Assembly: GCA_036823975.1 (NCBI GenBank)
Contig: DAITBB010000008.1
Location: 1,084 to 65,083, forward strand
Reading direction: 5' to 3'
Length of the DNA: 64,000 nt
DNA from: Hyphomicrobium sp.
GTDB taxonomy: Bacteria > Pseudomonadota > Alphaproteobacteria > Rhizobiales > Hyphomicrobiaceae
The notes under the pieces were generated by a model. It worked only from the letters and a program-made list of their open reading frames with translations, was not told the DNA's origin and did no database searches. Positions 56,749 to 64,000 of this stretch are shown here, one piece after another. Position 1 is the stretch's first letter; each line of letters starts with the position of its first letter. The translations under genes were made by a program, and so were the position numbers.

Positions 56749-58350
56749 TCATCGTCCGCGCACCAGACGCCGGATCGCGGGAGCGAGCGGACGGGCGGCC
56801 GCGGCGTAGTCCGCCCAGGCTTTCGACGTCTTGAGAAGGCGCGGAACGGTCGTGAGCGTGTAGCGCATCGGATCGAGCCCCTTGCGCACCTGGCCCCACG
56901 TCAGCGGCATCGAGACGGGCGCGCCGGGCCGCGCCCGCGGCGAGAGCGGCGCCACCGCCGTCGCCATGCGGTCGTTGCGCAGATAGTCGAGGAAGATCCT
57001 GCCGCCTCGTAGGGCCTTGGTCATCGTCGTGAGATAGCGGTCGGGACTGTCGGCCGCCATCATCTCGCAGACGGCGTGGGCGAAGGTTTTGCCCTCGCTC
57101 CAGCCCAGGCCTTTGGCCCCGCTGGTGTCGAGCGGCACGACGACATGCAATCCCTTGCCGCCCGTCGACTTGCAGAACGGGACGAGGCCGAGCGCCGTGA
57201 GCCGCTGGCGCATCTCGTTGGCGGCGTCCACGACGTCGTCGAAAGCGACATCCGGGGCGGGATCGAGGTCGAAGACGAAGCGCCCCGGCGTGTCGGGCGC
57301 GCCCGGCGCGCAATTCCAGGGATGAAACTCGATGGCCGCCGCCTGCGCCATCGCGACGAGGCCCTCCACCGTGTCGATCTGAAGATAGGGCTCGCGATCG
57401 CCTTTGATCGTGACGAGCGTCACGAGATCAGACGTCCCGCGCATGGCGTGGCGCTGAAAGAAGCTCTCGGCGCCGATCCCGTCCGGCGCGCGGATGACGG
57501 AGCAGGGCCGCCCCGCGATGTGGTCGATCATCCAAGACCCCACCGCATCGAGATAGCGCGCGAGGTCGAGCTTCGTCAGCGCCGGATCGGACTTGGTTTT
57601 CGGCCACAGCGCCTTGTCGGGATTGGAGAGGGCGACGCCGCGCACAACATTCGGGCCCGGGTCCGCCGGGGCGGCGCCCGATGCGGAATGCCACACGGCA
57701 TCGGCTTGGGCGAGGCCGCGCCCGCCCAGCATGAAGGGCTGCGGAGCCTTGCCCTTGCCGGCTGCGATGGCGGACATGCTGCGTCCGGAGGCGACCGAGC
57801 GGTCCTTCCGCAGCACAGCTTCGCCGTCGCCCGGTTTGGCATAGGCATCGCGGTGCTTGATCAGCAGCCAGTTGCTGCGCGCGCCGCCCGTGCGGTCGCG
57901 CCGCATGCGCACGAGCACCCAGCTTCCCTTGAGCTTCGTGCCGGCGAGCGAGAACTTGAGCTCGCCCTTCGCAAGCGCCTTGGCGGCGGACGCGGTCTCC
58001 TCGGGAAGCCAGAAGCCGCGGTCCCACAGCATCACGGTGCCGCCGCCGTATTCGCCTTCGGGGATCGTGCCCTCGAAATCGCCATAGGCGAGGGGATGGT
58101 CCTCGACCTCGACGGCGAGACGCTTGTCGGCGGGATCGAGCGAGGGCCCGCGCGTGACGGCCCACGACTTGAAGACGCCATCGACCTCGAGGCGGAGATC
58201 GTAATGGAGCCGCGTCGCATCGTGCTTCTGGATGACGAAGCGGGGGTATTCCGCGGTTCGGATCGCCCGACGTCCCGATGGTTCGGCCGTCTTCGCGAAG
58301 TCGCGTTTGGCGCGGTAGGTGGAGAGCTTGTTGGTCGAGGATTTGGCCAT
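56749..58350 (-). CDS. ligD: LigD-derived 3'-phosphoesterase + primase-polymerase protein, without a ligase domain
   Basis: PE motifs [35 protein letters not shown] motifs [32 protein letters not shown]; no KxDG. Confidence 0.88.
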   Translation of the reverse strand: MAKSSTNKLSTYRAKRDFAKTAEPSGRRAIRTAEYPRFVIQKHDATRLHYDLRLEVDGVFKSWAVTRGPSLDPADKRLAVEVEDHPLAYGDFEGTIPEGEYGGGTVMLWDRGFWLPEETASAAKALAKGELKFSLAGTKLKGSWVLVRMRRDRTGGARSNWLLIKHRDAYAKPGDGEAVLRKDRSVASGRSMSAIAAGKGKAPQPFMLGGRGLAQADAVWHSASGAAPADPGPNVVRGVALSNPDKALWPKTKSDPALTKLDLARYLDAVGSWMIDHIAGRPCSVIRAPDGIGAESFFQRHAMRGTSDLVTLVTIKGDREPYLQIDTVEGLVAMAQAAAIEFHPWNCAPGAPDTPGRFVFDLDPAPDVAFDDVVDAANEMRQRLTALGLVPFCKSTGGKGLHVVVPLDTSGAKGLGWSEGKTFAHAVCEMMAADSPDRYLTTMTKALRGGRIFLDYLRNDRMATAVAPLSPRARPGAPVSMPLTWGQVRKGLDPMRYTLTTVPRLLKTSKAWADYAAAARPLAPAIRRLVRGR

Positions 58351-58398
58351 GCCGCTCCTGGTCCGTCTCCCGGTGCGCGTTCCGGCCCGTCTCGCCGC

Positions 58399-59274
58399 TT
58401 ACGCGCGTTTCTTCGTGGTCCGCGACGCCTTCCCCTTGGAGGGAGAGGAGGAGGATCTGCCCGGCGTGCCGCCCCGCCCGGATCCGCCGGCGGGAGCGCC
58501 GACGCTGCGCTTGAGCGCCTCCATGAGGTCCACGATGTTTCCGCCCTTCGGCCGATCCTGCTCGTGCGCCACGATCTTGCGGCCCTTGAGCTTGTCCTGG
58601 ATCAGCGCCTTGAGGGCGGTCTGGTAGTGGTCCTCGAACTTCTCGGGCTTGAACGCAGCGGACTTCTTCTCGATGAGCTGCACGGCGAGATCGATCATCT
58701 CCTTGTCGGGCTTCGCGCCCGGGACTTCGTCGAAGAAATGCGCCGGATCGCGCAGCTCCTCGGCATAGCGCAGCATCTCCATGACGAGGCCGTCCTCGAG
58801 CGGGGCGATCGCCACCAGCCATTCCCGCCCCGCGATCGTGATCTGCGCGAGGCCGACCTTGCCCGTCTTGCGCAGCGCGTCGCGGATCACGACGTAGCCC
58901 TCGCCCGAGAGCGCGTCGGCGGGTGCGATGAAATACGGGCGCTCGAAATAGCGGTAGTCGATGTCCTTCGCGTCGACGAACTGAACGAGGTCGATCGTCT
59001 TCTTGCTCTCGAGCTTGACGGCGTCGATGTCCTCGGGGTCGAGCGTGATGTAGGTGTCCTTGTCGACCTCGTAGCCCTTGACGATGTCGGCGCTCTCGAT
59101 CTTGCCGAGGCCCTGCACGACCTTCTCGTAGTTCACGCGCTTGCCCGAAGGCTTGTGGATCTGGCGGAACGAGATGTCGGCCTTCGATTCGACGGCGTTG
59201 TAGATCTCGACGCCGATGGTGACGAGCGAGAGCCGGAGAAAACCTTTCCAATAGGCACGGGCGGATTTGGGCAT
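58399..59274 (-). CDS. ku: non-homologous end joining protein Ku
   Basis: RAYWKGFLRLSLV, DIVKGYE, YFERPYF, FKPEKFEDHY, VDLMEALKRSV, basic tail. Confidence 0.95.
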   Translation of the reverse strand: MPKSARAYWKGFLRLSLVTIGVEIYNAVESKADISFRQIHKPSGKRVNYEKVVQGLGKIESADIVKGYEVDKDTYITLDPEDIDAVKLESKKTIDLVQFVDAKDIDYRYFERPYFIAPADALSGEGYVVIRDALRKTGKVGLAQITIAGREWLVAIAPLEDGLVMEMLRYAEELRDPAHFFDEVPGAKPDKEMIDLAVQLIEKKSAAFKPEKFEDHYQTALKALIQDKLKGRKIVAHEQDRPKGGNIVDLMEALKRSVGAPAGGSGRGGTPGRSSSSPSKGKASRTTKKRA

Positions 59275-59362
59275 GACGCGGAACTCAATACGAGGGCTTG
59301 AGAGGAGGCTCCCTTTCTGGCGTTCGAGAGGGAGGCGGGCGTCTTACGAGAGCCACGATAGC

Positions 59363-59388
59363 AACGCGCTGCGGGCCGACAAAGTTCA
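59363..59388 (-). promoter_or_regulatory. sigma-EcfG-type promoter for ku-ligD
   Basis: TGAAC-N17-CGTT on the minus strand. Confidence 0.6.
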
Positions 59389-59511
59389 TTCTCCGGGGAA
59401 GCGGGGCGATTTGCGGTTAACGGCGCGGCTTATCGGTTTCAGCCGGGTTGACCGCGCGCCCTCCGGTTGCCACGCTCCGCATGCGCCGGAGAGAAGGAAA
59501 AGGATCGCCGC

Positions 59512-60945
59512 ATGACCACGCCAGGGAGCGATCGCGAGGGGGCCGAGGCGCAAGGGACGAGCGGAGCGGAGCCCGCGCTGCACCGCGTCATGGGCCCCTG
59601 GCTGCTGCTCCTCTTCATCATCGGCGACGTTCTCGGCACCGGCATCTATGCGCTCACCGGCAAGGTCGCGAGCCTCATCGGCGGCGCCGTCTGGCTGCCG
59701 TTCCTGATGGCTTTCGCCGTGGCGCTGCTGACCGCCTTCAGCTACCTCGAGCTCGTCACGAAATATCCCCGCGCCGCCGGCGCCGCCCTTTACACGCACC
59801 GCGCCTTCGGCGTGCATTTCATCACGTTCCTCGTTGCCTTCGCCGTCATGTCGTCCGGGATCACGTCGGCGTCCACGGCCTCGCGAGCGTTCGCGGCCAA
59901 CATGAACGATGCGTTCGGCCTCGGTCTCTCCGGCGGCATCGGCATCACCGTCCTCGGCCTTCTCTTCATGAGCCTCGTCGCCGCCATCAACCTGCGTGGC
60001 GTCGGCGAGAGCGTGAAGCTCAACGTGGTTCTGACCATGGTCGAGCTGACCGGACTTCTGATCATCATCGCCATCGGGCTTTGGGCGATCGGCAGCGGCG
60101 AAGGCGACGTCTCCCGTGCCTTCGTGTTCGAAGCACCCGACGGAGGCAGCCTGCTCTGGGCTTCGATCGCTGCGACCACGCTCGCGTTCTTCGCCATGGT
60201 CGGCTTCGAGGACAGCGTGAACATGGCGGAGGAGACCAAGGATCCGACGCGGACGTTCCCGAAGGTCCTCCTGCTCGGTCTTGCCGTGACGGGGCTGATC
60301 TACGTGCTGGTCTCGGTCTCGGCGATCACGCTCGTGCCGCCCGCCGAGCTGGCGGAGGGCGAGACGCCGCTCCTCAAGGTCGTCGCCGCCGGCGCGCCGG
60401 GCTTTCCCATCGCCGTGTTCGGCTTCATCACCATGTTCGCGGTGGCCAACAGCGCGCTCATCAACATGCTGATGGCGAGCCGGCTCGTCTACGGCATGAG
60501 CCGCGAGCACGTGCTGCCGCCGCTGCTCGGCAAAGTACATGCAACGCGGCGGACGCCGTACGTGGCGATCGCATTCACGACGGTGCTGGCGATGCTGCTG
60601 ATCACGTTCGTGGGCGAGGTGCCGGCTCTCGGCGGGACGACGGCGCTGCTGCTGATCTGCGTCTTCGCTGTGGTGAATGTGGCCGTCCTCATCCTGCGAC
60701 GGGATTCGGTGGAGCATGCGCATTTCCGCACGCCCACCGCTCTGCCGGTCGCGGGGGCGCTGAGTTGCGCGTTCCTCGCCGGTCCTTGGACGGGGCGCGA
60801 TCCCGTCCAGTATCAGGTCGCGGGCGTTCTTGTGGCGTTGGGCGTCGCGCTCTGGCTGGTGACGCTCGCCATCGATCGCGCGATCGGCGCATCGCCGGCG
60901 GAGCCGCGGGCCGAGGACATCGGCGGACCAGGCCCTCGCAACTGA
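59512..60945 (+). CDS. APC-family amino acid permease
   Basis: GDVLGTGIYAL, YLELVTKYPRAAG, FFAMVGFED..NMAEE, SRLVYGM, RTP. Confidence 0.9.
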   Translation: MTTPGSDREGAEAQGTSGAEPALHRVMGPWLLLLFIIGDVLGTGIYALTGKVASLIGGAVWLPFLMAFAVALLTAFSYLELVTKYPRAAGAALYTHRAFGVHFITFLVAFAVMSSGITSASTASRAFAANMNDAFGLGLSGGIGITVLGLLFMSLVAAINLRGVGESVKLNVVLTMVELTGLLIIIAIGLWAIGSGEGDVSRAFVFEAPDGGSLLWASIAATTLAFFAMVGFEDSVNMAEETKDPTRTFPKVLLLGLAVTGLIYVLVSVSAITLVPPAELAEGETPLLKVVAAGAPGFPIAVFGFITMFAVANSALINMLMASRLVYGMSREHVLPPLLGKVHATRRTPYVAIAFTTVLAMLLITFVGEVPALGGTTALLLICVFAVVNVAVLILRRDSVEHAHFRTPTALPVAGALSCAFLAGPWTGRDPVQYQVAGVLVALGVALWLVTLAIDRAIGASPAEPRAEDIGGPGPRN

Positions 60946-60962
60946 CACCCTCGCAACTGACA
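60933..60962. repeat. exact 15-bp tandem duplication spanning the permease stop codon
   Basis: CCCTCGCAACTGACA x2. Confidence 0.8.
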
Positions 60963-60980
60963 GGAGCGCGCGGCAGCGCG

Positions 60981-61005
60981 GGAACTCATCGCGCCTTCGG
61001 GCGTT
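60981..61005 (+). promoter_or_regulatory. sigma-EcfG-type promoter upstream of the otsA-like gene
   Basis: Consensus GGAAC-N16-CGTT. Confidence 0.65.
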
Positions 61006-61208
61006 CCATCATAGCCCTTTCGTCCGCACGCGCCCCCCGCGCGTGAGCGGCGGCGTCAAACGCACGGAACTCGGTTGCACGACGATGGGTCCTCGCTCCT
61101 GGCGAGGATGCTCCCATCGACGGCGGCCGCGTCATCGCCCGTATCCGAGGCTGGGGAATACTACGTAGCCGATTGCGAATGTTGACCCCGGAGACACCAG
61201 CGCGCAGC

Positions 61209-63548
61209 ATGCAGGCCGATCCCACCACATCCTTGTCCACACCGCGCCGGCTCACTGCCCGGGAGGGTCACGCGATTTCATCGGTCTCCCAACTTTTGCA
61301 ACGTGTTCTGCCACTTGGCAGCTCACCGGCCGTCCGCTCGTTCCGCATTGTCATCGGGTATGCGCTCGCCGCGGCGGCCATTGCGCTCGCGTCGCTGACG
61401 ATGCTGGGCCCGCTCGTGTCGTCGTTCGTCGACGACTGGTCGCGCCGCGATGTCGAGCAGCGCGCCGTGCTCGTGTTCAATGCCATTGGCGGACCAATAT
61501 CCACGATGCTTTCGAGCGGAGAATCCGAGGGCATCATGGAGCTGTTCCAGGGCGTCGCACGCGATCCGCGCATCGTGGCGGTCGGCGTTTGCCGCGCCGG
61601 GGATGCGCCCGAGTATGCCACCCAGCTCATGCCCTCCTCGTGCGGGAAGCTCAGCCGCGGCGAGAGCGAGAGGTTCTCGCCGCTCGTCGTGAATGGCCGG
61701 CGCATGCTGGTCGGCACCTTTCCGCTCTCCGGTGAGGCGCATGACGGCCATCTCGTCATCATCCAGGACCTGAGCTTCTCGGAGCATCGCGGCCAGGAGG
61801 CCCGCACCTACGTCACCCTCATGCTGGGCGGCGTGATCCTGGTCGGCGGTGCGTTCGCGCTGGGCCTCGGGCTCTATCTGATCCGCAACTGGATGCGCAA
61901 TTTCCGCGAAGCCGTCATCACCGCTGCGTCGCGCAGCAGCACCGTGCAGACTACGAGCGGCTTCAGCCCGATGGACACCGAGGTGCGCCAGCTCTTGCGC
62001 GAGCTGGAGATGAGCCAGGTCTCGGTCGACCGCGATCAGGCGATCTGGAGCAAGGCGACTCTGCGCGACATCATGATGGAGCTGCCCGGCGTCGAGGTCC
62101 TCGTGGTCGCCAACCGCGAGCCCTACATCCACAATCACATGCCGGACGGCATCGAGATTCAGCGCCCGGCGAGCGGACTCGTCTCGGCCGTGGAGCCGGT
62201 GATGCGCGCCTGCGGCGGGACCTGGATTGCGCACGGCAGCGGCACCGCGGACCGCGACACCGTCGATGCCGCCGACCGCATCGGCGTGCCGCCCGAGAAT
62301 CCCGAATACACGCTCCGGCGCATCTGGATCACGGAGGAGGAGCAGGACGGCTACTACTACGGCCTCGCCAACGAAGGCCTCTGGCCGCTCTGTCATATCG
62401 CCTTCACGCGGCCGGTCTTCCGCGAATCCGATTGGCGCATGTACCGCGCCATCAACCAGCGCTTCGCCGATGCCGTGGTGGCGGAGGCCAAGACCGCCTC
62501 GCCCATCGTACTGGTGCAAGACTATCACTTCGGCCTGCTGCCGCGCATGGTGCGCGAGCGCCTGCCGGAGGCGACGATCGTCACCTTCTGGCACATTCCC
62601 TGGCCGAACTCCGAGACGTTCGGCATCTTTCCCTGGAAAGAGGAGCTCATTCACGGCCTCCTCGGCAGCTCGATCATTGGCTTCCACACGCAGTTCCACT
62701 GCAACAACTTCCTCGAGACCGTGGACCGCTTCGTCGAAAGCCGCATCGACCGCGAGCAGGAGTCCGTGACGCTCAAGGGGCACGAGACGCTGATCCGCCC
62801 CTATCCCATCTCGATCGACTGGCCGCCCGCGGCCCTCGTCGAGCAGAAGAGCATCGAGGAGTGCCGGCGCACCGTGCGCGAGCGCCTGGGCGTGCCCCTC
62901 GACACCAAGCTCGCCGTCGGCATCGAGCGCTTCGACTACACGAAGGGCGTGCTGGACCGCATCCGCGCCGTCGATACGCTGCTCGAGTCGCATCCCGAAT
63001 GGCGCGGGCGCTTCGTTCTGCTGCAGGCGGCCGCGCCCACGCGCTCCAAGCTTTCGACCTACAAAGGCCTTCAGGACGAGGCCCAGGCCCTGGCCGACGA
63101 GATCAACGCCAAATACGCCGATGTCTCGCCGAAGCCCGTGCAGCTCGTCATCCGCCACCACGAGCCGACGGAGGTGTTCGAGCTGTTCCGCGCCGCCGAC
63201 GTGTGCGTCGTCTCGAGCCTTCATGACGGCATGAACCTGGTGGCGAAGGAGTTCATTGCGGCGCGCGACGACGAGAAGGGCGTGCTGATGCTGTCGCATT
63301 TCGCGGGCGCCTCGCGCGAGCTGGCCGAAGCGCTGATCATCAATCCCTACGATGCCCACGCGACGGGCGAAGCGCTGCACAGCGCGCTCACCATGCCCGA
63401 GTCCGAGCAGCACGAGCGCATGCGCCTGATGCGGGCCTATGTCAGCACCCGCAACGTCTACCGCTGGGCGGGCCGCATGCTGCTGGACGCGAGCCGCCTG
63501 CGCAAGAAACGCCGCATCCTGGAATACGCCGCCGCCCAGCTCGTGTGA
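61209..63548 (+). CDS. otsA: trehalose-6-phosphate synthase (GT20) with N-terminal TM-periplasmic-TM domain; start uncertain
   Basis: [60 protein letters not shown]; two hydrophobic segments in the first ~240 aa. Confidence 0.87.
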   Translation: MQADPTTSLSTPRRLTAREGHAISSVSQLLQRVLPLGSSPAVRSFRIVIGYALAAAAIALASLTMLGPLVSSFVDDWSRRDVEQRAVLVFNAIGGPISTMLSSGESEGIMELFQGVARDPRIVAVGVCRAGDAPEYATQLMPSSCGKLSRGESERFSPLVVNGRRMLVGTFPLSGEAHDGHLVIIQDLSFSEHRGQEARTYVTLMLGGVILVGGAFALGLGLYLIRNWMRNFREAVITAASRSSTVQTTSGFSPMDTEVRQLLRELEMSQVSVDRDQAIWSKATLRDIMMELPGVEVLVVANREPYIHNHMPDGIEIQRPASGLVSAVEPVMRACGGTWIAHGSGTADRDTVDAADRIGVPPENPEYTLRRIWITEEEQDGYYYGLANEGLWPLCHIAFTRPVFRESDWRMYRAINQRFADAVVAEAKTASPIVLVQDYHFGLLPRMVRERLPEATIVTFWHIPWPNSETFGIFPWKEELIHGLLGSSIIGFHTQFHCNNFLETVDRFVESRIDREQESVTLKGHETLIRPYPISIDWPPAALVEQKSIEECRRTVRERLGVPLDTKLAVGIERFDYTKGVLDRIRAVDTLLESHPEWRGRFVLLQAAAPTRSKLSTYKGLQDEAQALADEINAKYADVSPKPVQLVIRHHEPTEVFELFRAADVCVVSSLHDGMNLVAKEFIAARDDEKGVLMLSHFAGASRELAEALIINPYDAHATGEALHSALTMPESEQHERMRLMRAYVSTRNVYRWAGRMLLDASRLRKKRRILEYAAAQLV

Positions 63549-63596
63549 GGCGAGGGCTGCAGAGCAGCGCCTGCCGTCACGTTGCGGCGCTCCGGC

Positions 63597-64000
63597 TCAC
63601 GAGGCGAGAACGCGCGCAATTTCCTCCTCGGCCACGGCCCGCTCCGCCGCGGGAACGTGGAGGCCCGCCTTCGTGCGCCGCCAGAGCACATCCTGCGGGG
63701 TCAGCGCCCATTCCTCGTCGCGGAGATAAAGGACCTCTCTCTCGGTGAGCTCGCCCGGGAGCGCGCGGCCGAGGTCCGCCTCGGTGGCGGCGCCCGCGAG
63801 CATCCGCTCGGTGCGCGTGCCGTAACGCGAGACGAGCCGCCGTGCAGTCGCGTCAGAGAGGCCGGGCACGCGGCGCAGGAGCGCGGTGAGATAGGCTTCG
63901 CCCGTCCCGTCCTCGAAATCTCCGCCCGGCAGCGGGGAGCCGGCCGTCCAGGCCGCGCCCATGCCGGGAAAGAAAGGGGCGAGGCGCGCGAGGGCGGCTT
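63597..64000 (-). CDS. glpD: glycerol-3-phosphate dehydrogenase, 3' end (partial)
   Basis: [47 protein letters not shown]. Confidence 0.88.
   Translation of the reverse strand, partial: AALARLAPFFPGMGAAWTAGSPLPGGDFEDGTGEAYLTALLRRVPGLSDATARRLVSRYGTRTERMLAGAATEADLGRALPGELTEREVLYLRDEEWALTPQDVLWRRTKAGLHVPAAERAVAEEEIARVLAS

Overview
High-GC alphaproteobacterial DNA; gene content suggests Hyphomicrobiales, possibly Hyphomicrobium-like (inference). Left flank (1-7.6 kb): thiL 3' end, L,D-transpeptidase, ABC-2 exporter, SPOR protein and manC. About 8.0-36.0 kb is a ~28 kb methylated-amine island. It is bounded by a degenerate 26-bp direct repeat of the tRNA-Asn 3' end, has a phased triple repeat at its left end, and has no integrase. 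The island carries one complete dimethylamine monooxygenase cluster (APC permease-dmmABCD-cupin), a second dmmAB-D cluster with a 38-codon mini-ORF where dmmC should be, and a third divergent dmmA. It also carries two paralogous GntR regulators, an orphan binding protein without a signal peptide, an XRE-cupin regulator with candidate operators, the N-methylglutamate pathway (mgsABC, gmaS, soxBDAG/mgdABCD-like), a truncated globin and a fae homolog. Core genes follow: actP with a stop-less DUF485 partner, an MFS-wHTH fusion, tRNA-Cys, pcm, tolC, TWO tandem PopZ-like genes, valS, ilvD-exoR-like and a GGDEF protein. The window ends with a general-stress block carrying EcfG-type promoters (Ku, a LigD lacking its ligase domain plus a stand-alone ligase, a membrane-anchored OtsA-like protein) and the glpD 3' end. 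No CRISPR array, rRNA or transposase was seen. All family assignments are from motif recognition by eye; no database searches were run.
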